Shown in pieces: positions 21,605 through 31,603 of a DNA stretch of 64,000 nucleotides; position 1 is the first letter of the stretch; each line of letters starts with the position of its first letter. Origin of the DNA: Naegleria gruberi (Eukaryota); the NCBI GenBank assembly GCA_000004985.1, contig GG738848.1, one strand, 5' to 3'. Below the pieces are notes generated by a model. The model searched no databases, was not told where the DNA came from, and saw only the letters and a list, made by a program, of their open reading frames with translations. A program made the position numbers and the translations under genes.

Positions 21605-22018
21605 TTTCATTTAAATTTGAATTTTTGTTGCTATCCGTAGTTTGTGGTGTAACAGATTAATTCTTCTTACTATAGTATAATAGAAAGGAATGTTTCTTCC
21701 TCTAGCCATGATCTCTGACATTAACTGTCTTTCAGATCATAAGAGATGTTTTGTTGACTTGATTTTCTTGTTTTCATTATGAGTTTTTAAAGAAAAATTA
21801 CATTTTCAAATTGAATGGACAATTATTACAATAACACAACTGTAGATACTTCATTACTTAAACAGATCTGCCTGTTACCGAGGACATTAAAGTGCAACAT
21901 TTTCCTGCAAATACTGTGCGTTGTAAACTTTTCAAATTAATACGCACGGATCTTGTCCAACACTTATAAAAGGCAGTCTCAAATTCAATCTGTTTCATCC
22001 AACAATTAAACTCAAAAA

Positions 22019-23221
22019 ATGTCTCAACAAAACAATACTGAATCATCTGCTGCTACCACTGCTGCTACTCAACCAAGCGTTCCTGCCTATAATTTGTTAG
22101 GAAGTTCTGGATTGAGAGTATTCCCATTATGTTTGGGAACCATGGGTTTCGGCCAAAATCCAATTACCAAGACTTTTGTAAGTTTGAAGAGTTTCGAATA
22201 TTTTATTAACTTGAGCTTTGTAGGGTATTGGTGGAAGTGATGAAGAAAGTGAAAAGATTCTTCTCAAGTATTTGGAAATTGGAGGAAACTTTATTGATAC
22301 GTAAGTTGAACATTTTCTATTCGAAACTCATTGAAACATAGTGCCAACTTCTATGCTATCGGAAAGAGTGAAGAATTGATTGGTAATCTCATTAAGAAAC
22401 ACAATCTCAATCGTGATGAATTGATCATTGCCACCAAATTCTCACTTCCAATGACTCAACATGCCAACGGTGGTGGAAATCACAAGAAGAATTTAATTCA
22501 ATCACTCGATGCCTCCCTCAAGAGATTGCAATTGGATTATGTTGATTTATTCTATGTCCACTTTTGGGATTTCACCGTTGATGCCAAGCAATTAATCATT
22601 TGGTTAGACGAAATTGTTAAAAGTGGTAAAGTTTTGCATGTTGCTGTTAGTGATATGCCTGCTTATCAAGTTGCCATTGCTAATACATATGCTGAAGATC
22701 ATGGATTGACTAAATTTGTTGCCTATCAAGGAAGATATTCATTGGTTGATAGAGCTTTGGAACAGGAGATTATTCCAATGACTAAATCTTTGGATCTTGG
22801 AACTGTTCCTTGGGGAGTACTTGGTGCTGGTAAATTGACTGGAAAGAAATTGAGAAATCAAGAAGAAAAATCCGAAACTGAAAGAAAGTTTGTTGAAATG
22901 AGTCAAACAGATTATGATATTCAAGATGTTGTCATTGAAATTGCAAAGGAATTGAATAGAACTCCATCACAAGTTGCCATTAATTGGATGATTTCTCAAG
23001 GAGTGTCAAGTGTCTTGATTGGACCAAGAACTTTGGAACAATTTGAAGATAACATTAAGAGTTTGGAATTTAGATTAAATCAAGAACAATTGAAGAGATT
23101 GAATCAAGTTAGTGCAAACTCTCCTTCATTGATTTTCCCTTACAATTTCATTGGACAAGATACTCAATCGGCTAGTATGTTATACTTTAATGGAAACAAG
23201 TTCTCTATCAATAAAAAATAA
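22019..23221 (+). CDS. Aldo-keto reductase (aryl-alcohol dehydrogenase / Kv-beta-like AKR), 3 exons: 22019..22177, 22224..22300, 22342..23221
   Basis: Track ORFs 22019..22240 and 22331..23221 join through a short middle exon (GIGGSDEESEKILLKYLEIGGNFIDT) via gtaagt...ttgtag and gtaagt...acatag introns, giving 1116 nt or 371 aa. AKR motifs: GTMGFG, LDYVDLFYVHFWD, IGPRT. Confidence 0.85.
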
Positions 23222-23669
23222 GGTGGATTCAATAATTTTATAACAAAGAGGCCATAAAATACAAATTTGTCACTTTCCTCTTCTAGATATGAAGATTTTT
23301 GTGTTTCGATTTTTTTGCATTTTCAAAAATGTGGATAACACAGATGCAGAGAAAGTTGTTTAACATTATGTTGAACAATGTTGATTTGTAATGATTTGTT
23401 ATCTGAATCTTATTATTTGGAGAATGGTTTTCTTTATTGGAATGTTATCTGATGAACAATTTGGGACGAAACATTATCTCTTCACAACTTGAAGAGTTTC
23501 CAACAACAAGTTTAAGAGAAAACCATTCCCATTAGATTCGACACTATCTACTCTTGGGTAATGAGTGTGTTTTTCATTGTTATTTTCATTATCTCTTGCG
23601 GTGTTTTACGTTTCGAATAAATAGTGGAATGAAAAGTGTGAATGTTTGAATCAATAACAAAAAAACAAA

Positions 23670-24855
23670 ATGAATAACAATTCAAACAAATCATTTTCTA
23701 CTAGAAGAAACTCTTCTACTTCTGTTCTCAGTTGTATTGTCTGTTTGGTATTATTCACCTTCATGATGACAATGGTTACTCCAGTTGAACTTTCCAAAGG
23801 AAACAATAAGAAACCAATGCCACCAAAGCACAATAACACTCATCCTGTTCATCCAACTCATCCAATTGCTAATCACACTCATGCCAACACTCCTGTCAAT
23901 GACAAATCTTTGATTGATAGAATTAATTCCAATCATACTCATGGATGGAAGGCAACTGAATACTCTAGATTTGATAACATGACCATTTCACAACTTAGAG
24001 ATAATCTATTTGGTCTTTCATTGATGAGCTCTGATGAAGACACTCCAAGAATGGCAAATATTGAAACAAGAGTTGATATACCAATGAATTTCGATGCAAG
24101 AACTCAATGGAAAGGATGCGTTCCAGCAATTAGAGACCAACAAACATGTGGTGCTTGTTGGGCTTTGTAAGTTTTACAATTTGATTTATTTCAACTTACA
24201 TTTTCATTTTTGTAATATTTATGATTTTAGCTCTGCAAATTATGTATTGGCTCATAGATTGTGCATTGCCACCAATGGTCAAACAAATGTTGTCCTCTCA
24301 CCAGAATATCAAGTTCAATGCGATACAATGAATAAGGCCTGTCAAGGAGGTTATTTGAAATATTCTTGGACATTTTTGGAAAATACTGGAACACCACTCG
24401 ATACTTGTATTCCGTATGCTAGTGGTGGAGGAACCTTCTCCTCTGGTACTTGCCCAACTCAATGCAAGATTGCATCCATGTCCATGAGCAAGTATAAGGC
24501 CAAAAACACTGTTTATATTTCAGGTATCAATAATATCAAGACTGCAATCATGACATATGGCAGCGTGCAAGCTGGTTTCACAGTCTACAGAGATCTCACA
24601 GGGTAAGTTGAATTTGTTTCATATATACTAATTTGTTTTTCTAGTTACAAGTCAGGTGTCTATAAACACCTTGTAAGCACAGTTCTTGGTGGACATGCTG
24701 TTGCCTTAATTGGATTTGGAGTTGAGGGAGGTTCTAATTATTGGTTAGCTGCCAATTCATGGGGTCCAAATTGGGGAATGTCTGGATATTTCAAAATTGC
24801 TCAAGGAGAAGGTGGAATTGAGAATCAAGTTTATGCTGGAGAACCTGTCTATTAA
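23670..24855 (+). CDS. Cathepsin B-like papain-family cysteine protease, 3 exons: 23670..24166, 24231..24602, 24645..24855
   Basis: QTCGACWAF (active-site Cys) is completed across intron 1 (gtaagt...ttttag). Exon 3 encodes [11 protein letters not shown]...[34 protein letters not shown] (active-site His and Asn regions), with a cathepsin-B-type occluding-loop region. Total 1080 nt. An N-terminal hydrophobic segment acts as a signal or anchor. Confidence 0.85.
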
Positions 24856-24991
24856 TTTGAACAGTTCAAAACTCCAAACATTTGACAGATCTATCGATCT
24901 TTCAGAAACAGTTTATTCTAACAAAATTATGTTGGAATTGTAAATAACAAAATAAACATTTCCATTTTGTATTCCAAAGGAGCAAAATGTC

Positions 24992-25056
24992 TAGCAAATC
25001 TAGGTTTCGATCCTAGGACCTATGAGCCCATCGCGCTTCCGCTGCGCCAATTTGCT
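24992..25056 (-). pseudogene. Initiator tRNA-Met pseudogene: an inverted duplicate of 21366..21437 with a 7-bp deletion (AACCCAT) that removes the 3' half of the anticodon arm
   Basis: The reverse complement equals the 21366 copy (AGCAAATTGGCGCAGCGGAAGCGCGATGGGCTCAT//AGGTCCTAGGATCGAAACCTAGATTTGCT) except for the deletion between the short repeats CATA/CCATA. About 15-30 bp of each flank is also similar between copies. Confidence 0.7.
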
Positions 25057-25194
25057 TTGCATTTCTTAGACGCTTCTCTTCCTTAAGAAGTATATGTAGA
25101 AATTTACAATGCCAAAAAATTGTTATGAAAGACTATTACATGTTGTTAAAATTAATGCATTAAAATACTGTTTTGAAACCAATGAAATTCACTA

Positions 25195-25994
25195 CAAATT
25201 TGCACGGGTGGCCGACGCATATCCCTTTTGGCCTGAAATCAGCACTGGGAAAACGTGGGCCAAGTTGACTTCCAGAGAAATACATAGGTACATGATACCA
25301 TATTTTCACAGTATGAGTTATCATGCTAAAAAATAATTTTGGAAAACTTTTATTAATTTTTGTATTGTTTTTGACGAGTTATAAATAAATTCCCATTTTT
25401 AGAATTTTTTAAAATTTATTAATATGGTATTATCATAATGAATACAGAAATTCATCAAATAATATGAATCAATAATATAAATTGTGTATTAATGTACTTA
25501 AATTTCAATTTTCATTAATTCATTCCAACAAATAAAAGACTAGTTATAAAATAATAATAGGTGTCAATTGACAATCGCATTAATAGATCATACTTTATTT
25601 TAAATTGATGATATTTTAACATCACCTTATAGACATGGTATGTATAATATTTTATCATTTTAGTTGGTTGATATCAGATTATCAACAAGATAGAGCTCAA
25701 CAAAACATTTTCTCCAAAATATGTTAGTGTTTTCATAAGTAAATTAAAAAAACTGACGACAAAGGTTGCTAAATAGTGTTTAGAGAATTTTCACGTATAC
25801 GAACATGTATAACGTATTGTAATAAAAAACTAGATAGGGAAAAACATTTAATTCTAAGCTAAAATTTGAAAATACTTTTATTGACCAATATTTTTCATTT
25901 TCTAAAAATAATCAGCTTGTTTGCACAGTAATTTGGGTGGCCTGAAGGAGACTTCTAAAAAAAATCGCTGGAGTCGGCCACCCGTGCAAATTTG
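25195..25994. mobile_element. MITE-like non-autonomous DNA element (about 800 bp) bounded by perfect 22-bp terminal inverted repeats CAAATTTGCACGGGTGGCCGAC
   Basis: 25195..25216 is the exact reverse complement of 25973..25994. The TIRs are GC-rich against AT-rich surroundings. The interior is AT-rich and non-coding, with no long ORF. The flanks are compatible with a short AT-rich TSD (AATT/TA), but this is ambiguous because the TIR ends are palindromic. Confidence 0.5.
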
Positions 25995-26054
25995 AATCAT
26001 TAAGAAACATAAAATTGCATAGAACAGTATTTCTTTCAACAATCCAAAAAGATG

Positions 26055-26125
26055 TAGGAAGACAGGGAATCGAACCCTGATCTTAGGAACCACAATCCCA
26101 TGTTCTACCACTGAACTATCTCCCT
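26055..26125 (-). tRNA. tRNA-His (anticodon GUG) candidate, with A73 discriminator and A1:U72
   Basis: The reverse complement reads AGGGAGATAGTTCAGTGGTAGAACATGGGATTGTGGTTCCTAAGATCAGGGTTCGATTCCCTGTCTTCCTA. It has the D-arm GTTC/GAAC, the anticodon loop TTGTGGT and a perfect T-arm CAGGG/CCCTG. An A73 discriminator is normal for eukaryotic tRNA-His, where G-1 is added post-transcriptionally. Confidence 0.55.
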
Positions 26126-26628
26126 TCTTGTTGATTTATATAAATTAATAATATTTCAAAATAGATTGTCGGTGAAGATGGTTAATTAAAAAAATAAAAA
26201 TTAATAAAAAAAATATGTAACGGCTAGTTCTTTTGTCCAATCGAACTCTACCAAGCGCTCGAATATTTTTTCACCAGCAAAATAACGCTCAACAAAAATG
26301 AAGAGAATCCCCTGCAGCTTATTTTTAAATTCTTTCGCAGCTGCCAAAAATCCAGTAAGTTCAAGAAGAAAAAAACAAGAAAATTGAAACTCTAAAGATT
26401 GGCTCAATTACATTACCAAGAAATTGTTTGCGTGCGAATAAGAGTTGGAAAAGGGTTGTAGAATTGAATCCGAGAGTGAATTATTCAATTTTACATCATC
26501 ACGAATTTTCATCTATTAATTGTCAAGAAATTAATAAGAAGAATAACATCATCGTTGGCATTAACAATCAACAAAGAGATTTTCATAGCACATCCACATC
26601 GTCATCATCATCAACTAATAACAACAAG

Positions 26629-27465
26629 ATGGAACAATCATCACATAATAGTTTACAAGCTGCCAATAGATTGGTTTGCTTTGTTGAGGGAAATATTGGA
26701 AGTGGTAAGAGTACAACTGTCAAGGAGTTACAACTCTTCAATGATAATAGTGTTTCTGAGCAACAGAAAACAGAAGAGTGGACTCTCCTCAGCAAGTACT
26801 ATGAAGGTGGTATGAAGAATGACCTCACTTTAAATTATGAACTTCAAAAACAAATTGCAAACACTTACTTTAAACATTATTTCAAGTATAGCTTCCTTCC
26901 TCATGGTGGTGTTGGTATTGGTGACTTGTTTGATGACAAGACATTACAATCCATGATGAAAAAACATGAAAAATACTTGAGAATTCACCCAAATACCAAG
27001 TTACCTGAAACCATCTCACTTCCTTCAACTAGCTCACAACCTACTCAACCATCTTCTAGTAATGTATATAATATCTTCTTTGAAGGCATCCTTTCCTCTA
27101 GTGGCGTATTTACTGTCATGGAATATAACAAGGGAATGATTAGAGAAGAAGATTATGTGGACTTGTGTAAAAATTATGATGCCCTTCAAAAAGGAGTAAC
27201 TGGTCATATGGCCTTTTATTTGAAACCAACCAATAATGTTGATGTTTGTTTGGAGAGAATCAAGGTCAGAAGAAGAGAATTCGAGAGTGTAATTGAAAAA
27301 CCATATTTGAAAACAATTGAAGAACATTATGACTGCTTTATGGACAAAGTGGCCACTAAGATTCCAGTATTTGTCATTGACAATTCAACGATGGATGCTA
27401 AGGAAACTGCTGCACTAATTTTGGATGTACTCAGTGCTGTCAGAAAAGATATTAAATACATGTAA
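26629..27465 (+). CDS. Deoxynucleoside kinase (dCK/dGK/TK2 family)
   Basis: FVEGNIGSGKST P-loop and the RIKVRRREFE lid motif (RxxxRxxE). The first in-frame ATG is at about 26629 (MEQSSHNS...). The track ORF start at 26428 is a TTG. There is a low-complexity insert (STSSQPTQPSSS). Confidence 0.7.
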   Translation: MEQSSHNSLQAANRLVCFVEGNIGSGKSTTVKELQLFNDNSVSEQQKTEEWTLLSKYYEGGMKNDLTLNYELQKQIANTYFKHYFKYSFLPHGGVGIGDLFDDKTLQSMMKKHEKYLRIHPNTKLPETISLPSTSSQPTQPSSSNVYNIFFEGILSSSGVFTVMEYNKGMIREEDYVDLCKNYDALQKGVTGHMAFYLKPTNNVDVCLERIKVRRREFESVIEKPYLKTIEEHYDCFMDKVATKIPVFVIDNSTMDAKETAALILDVLSAVRKDIKYM

Positions 27466-27576
27466 ATATTCTAACAATAATAAACTTATTTATTAAAATT
27501 CACTTAGTTGACTGGTTTAAACAAGAAGAAAATAATATCAATTCTTAATAAATAAAAAAGTTTAGTTAGGTTGATA

Positions 27577-29900
27577 CTACGAAGATAATCTGGCTATCAG
27601 CTCTGGTTTTATCTTGTTAACTTTGTTCTTGAATTCTTTGGTTTCACCATCCCTCAAAACGAAAATAATGTCCAATCCTCCATCAACGGTTTCTTCTGCT
27701 GTAATCAGGAATTTCACATCCTTCTTAGCATGCATACATCTCAAAACAAGGAATGGTTGGAGAAGAAGTGGTGAAGCATCAGTACTCAAAGCTTGAGTTG
27801 TTGACTTTTTGACACCTGTATCGATGGAAAGTTGAGGTTTCTTGGATGGTCTTGCTAAGCTGATATCTAAATTTGAGCAACTAGCAGAAGGTTTCAAAGG
27901 TTGGGTAGCTCTTGTTGGTTTGACATCTACTTTGCTTTCATCATCACTCTTGGCAGAAAGATCAGAATCAGATGACATTTCTCTTGACATTTCTTTTGAC
28001 ATTTCTCTAGACATTTCACTAACTGTAGCATTACCTGGATTAAATAATTGACTACTACTTGTAGGAAGTTTAATATCCTTCTTCTTGGATTCTACCTTGA
28101 AATGACAATCATACTGCTTGAGAATGTCAACAAGGATTCTTCCAATGATTTTGTGTAAGTTAGTAATGTGTCTATTCTTCTCGAAAAATTTATCCATTGT
28201 TAATCTATCCACCATTAATTGAGGTTGATATTGTGGACCCTTAGTCCATCTGTGTTCTCTAATTTGTTTCAAATTTGCTCTAGTCTTTGGATTTGGTTGA
28301 AGCATACCAAATATCAGTTCTTGGCATTCCATGGAAACTTCAACATCGTCTGGGTAGGTGTATCTCGAATTTTTAACGTCATCAAACATGCTATTCACAT
28401 CTGATGAACAGAATGGTAATTTGGAAGTAACGAAACAATAGAGAATAATACCAGCACTCCAAATATCAATCTTTTCACCTGAATAGACTTTTCCTTCAAT
28501 TTGTTCAGGAGAAAGATGATATAAACTACCAACTAGCTGAGTTGAAAAGAGATCCCAACCCTTTTTGAAAATTCTTGCTTGTCCAAAATCTGTAATCTTT
28601 AAATGGCCTTCATTGTCAAGTAACAAGTTTTCTAAACGTAAATCTCTGTGACAAACTCCCATTTGGTGACAATAACTTAAACCATCAATCAATTGATCAA
28701 AGTAATATCTTGCAAGATTTTCATCAAATGGTTTGTCCTTAAGGTGTTCATAAAGAGATCCACCTCCACAAAGTTCAATAACAAGATAAACATAATCATC
28801 GTCTTCTAAAACTTCGTAGAGTTGGACAACATTCTTGTGTTTGAGCATTTGCATTGATTGGATTTCTACATCCAATCTTGACATGTCACTGACATTACCC
28901 TTCTTGATGATCTTAATAGCTCTCTTGTTGTTGTAATCGTCAACGTGGTGAGCATATCTTACTACACCATAACCTCCACGTCCAAGAACGTGTGTCATTT
29001 TCCAATCACCAATAATTTTGGCATCAGTGTTTTCAAGTCTCAAAGCTTCGTATTTTGTGATAATGATTTCTCCTAGTTTGGTGAATTCGTGTTGATTTAA
29101 ATAACCATGTCCTTCAATATCATACTCTTCCATTATTCTATCCACCAATTTCTTTAATTTTTGTGCTTCATCATGTGACTCAGTGGTTGGAGAGAGTACA
29201 TCAGCAGGATGTTCTTCATCACTATCAGTATCAAATAAAAGACATTCAAGGTCAATGCCATCCTTTTGAACAGCTCTAAGAATAACCTCTAATTCTTTTC
29301 TAGATATTCTTCCACTTAGAGTGCTGTCAGACTATTGGGAGCAATAAAACAATATAATAACAAAGTAAAGCAATAATATAGATTGGAAGAGTATTAACAA
29401 GATAAATAACAAGCTATAAAACATACCAACTTGAAAAGCCAATCCAAAAATCTCTTTCTTCCTTCTTTACAGAACATTTCCTTGTGGAGAGCTGGTAATA
29501 ATTCAAAGGTAACACGATCCTTTACAAGGTCTGACATGGTATCGTGAACTCTCTTACATGAAGCTGAAGTTGGAGATTTGGCTGGAGAAGAGAAAAACTT
29601 TACAGAAAACTTCTCAGCAGATGTTGGAGAGACACTACCAGAAGCGAGTGATGAAAGGGAATGTTGGGAATCAATGGAACGATGATGAGACTCGTGAGTG
29701 TCAAGTCCTTCAGAATGACTGTTTGATCTACCAAAGAGCTTGCTAATGATGGAAGCAACATCACTTGTTGCAGAGTGGTGAGCATCTTGATGATGTTTTT
29801 CCTTGTCTTCAGTTTCCTTTTCTACTTGTTGTTTGATACGTTGCACAAACTTGTCCATTTCTGCAAATTCCTTGTAATTCAATTTTCCTTCCTTTCCCAA
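27577..29900 (-). CDS. Ser/Thr protein kinase (CAMK/AMPK-related catalytic domain) with an upstream EF-hand-like N-terminal region. 2 exons: 29427..29900 and 27577..29331 (95-bp intron)
   Basis: The kinase domain has LGRGGYGVV, AIKIIKK, HRDLRLENLLL, DFGQA and SPE. ORF 29394..29900 (MGKEGKLNYKEFAEM...RFLDWLFKL) joins in frame via gtatgt...ccaatag to SDSTLSGRISRKELEVILRAV...YDIEGHGYLNQHEFTKL, which contains EF-hand-like loops, upstream of the kinase. There is a coding 12-nt repeat (SREMSKEMSREMS) at about 27950-28030. The C-terminal KA1-like tail is tentative. Confidence 0.75.
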
Positions 29901-31198
29901 GTCAAACTATTATTAATATTATTATAAATACAAATATTATTATTATGATAACATACATGATAAAGAGTAGTAAGAGAGGAGAATGGAGAAGTGATCTCAT
30001 CATTGGTGAGAAGCAACTCGGTCAAGCTTACTTTCCCAGATTTATCTAAATATTCCGAATATAATGATGATGATGATGAACTTATGAAATATGAAACATA
30101 CCCTTATCTAATTGTTCAAAAATCTTTTTTGCGTTACTATTGCCCATTCTCAATCTATTTAACTACTATAAATTGGTGGTTTTAATAATGTTTTTGATGA
30201 TGTTGTTAATTGCTAAAATTCTATTTTCTTCTTGCTCGTAATGATGACCATGCAATTATTAATATATAATTTAAATGGTACGGGCAAAAGTAATGATTAT
30301 TGCTTGTACTACTACTATTGTTGTTGATGTTCTTGCAAGAACCTAAAAAACTAAATATGATGCAGAGCAGCAGTATTTGCAAGTGTTGTAGTTGAGTGAT
30401 TCTTCTGTTGAATTAAAATACAGACAGACAACAGAGAGAATATAAATTCTGAAGATGATGATATAACAGCAAGCTGCTAATACCGCAATTGTGCCTTCTC
30501 TTCGTTCAAAAAGAAACGAGGTGAGAGTATGGTTAATTTTTTGCAGTCGAAAAATTGTCGCTGCTGAGAACCTTCTTTCATACAAGCTGTTGCCTTGAAG
30601 AGAGAATCTGCCAAATATCGTGAAAAGATGCTTCTTGGCTTGCGACTGTGCACTAGAGTTGGCAAATGTTATTATTAATAATATTGCAGTATCAACCCCT
30701 CAATAATGTATTTGTTGCTTTTGTACACCCTCTTCCGCACCTTCTGATCTAAATGGAAATGGTGTTGTTGCTGATGGATGTATTATTTCAAGTGTTATTA
30801 ATAAGAGGTCTTGTATTGTTTGGTAGTGTTGTGTTTGAACTCTGGATGTAATAGATGATAATAATAACAATGGAAGAGTGAATTATTCGATATCGAAATC
30901 AATTATTAGGTGACGACTGAGTAGGTGATGGGTTACTCAAAGGCTCGAATAGTTGAAATAACCAAGATTAATTATTACAATGAGAGAATGTGAACTGATT
31001 TTAAACTGATCAATTGTATATTTCGTAAATGTGATGCATTGAAATATATTATCAAATATCTTAATAATATCCTCAACAGTTGCTAGTAGAGAAGATATTT
31101 GAAGAGGAATATCTTGGATGTTTTTATTCCAATTAACTTATCAAAATCTCTCAAATTTTCGGTGATCAAAATCCAATTTTTATTACTGATTCTTATCG

Positions 31199-31213
31199 CC
31201 CGCTAAATTGTTT
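31199..31213. repeat. Left terminal inverted repeat of the DNA transposon
   Basis: CCCGCTAAATTGTTT, preceded by ATCG. Confidence 0.55.
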
Positions 31214-31603
31214 CTGTTAACGTCAGCTTGAGTCTTAACGTGGAGCCATTAATAATAAATAATGAAAATTTAATGCATTAATTGACTTCGAATGATTAAC
31301 GAGGCATCATTAAAAATCATTAACAAGAAATTAATGCCAGTCTCATGACTTGTAATTTTTTTGCATTTTTGATGGCGTACTAACATTTTCACATGATGAG
31401 AAGGTTTCCCATCAAGATCAGTATTCAAAATACCAAAACGGTAGAATATGAGCCGATTCAATGAACACAAGCAGATGACACTAAAATTGAAATATAAATG
31501 AAAGAAACTAATTGGGATTTAAGAAAATTAGCACAGCCTAAGGGAGAAAAATCAAAAGCAATAAATCTCAATCTAAATGAACAAACTCTTGTTAATATTT
31601 ATT

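Noticed and set aside
25109-25336. 75-aa ORF inside the MITE-like element
   Set aside because: No coding-like composition or motifs. It overlaps a TIR and AT-rich non-coding sequence, so it is most likely spurious.
26428-26628. N-terminal extension of the deoxynucleoside kinase ORF (possible mitochondrial presequence)
   Set aside because: The in-frame start at 26428 is TTG, not ATG. The first ATG is at about 26629, just before the P-loop, so the extension is probably 5' UTR.
29394-29900. Stand-alone 168-aa gene
   Set aside because: It splices in phase onto the kinase gene downstream. It is treated as exon 1 of that gene rather than an independent CDS.
30200-31195. AT-rich 1-kb stretch with short ORFs between the kinase gene and the transposon
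   Set aside because: It is low-complexity, with tattattatt runs and no motif-bearing ORF. It is interpreted as intergenic or promoter sequence.
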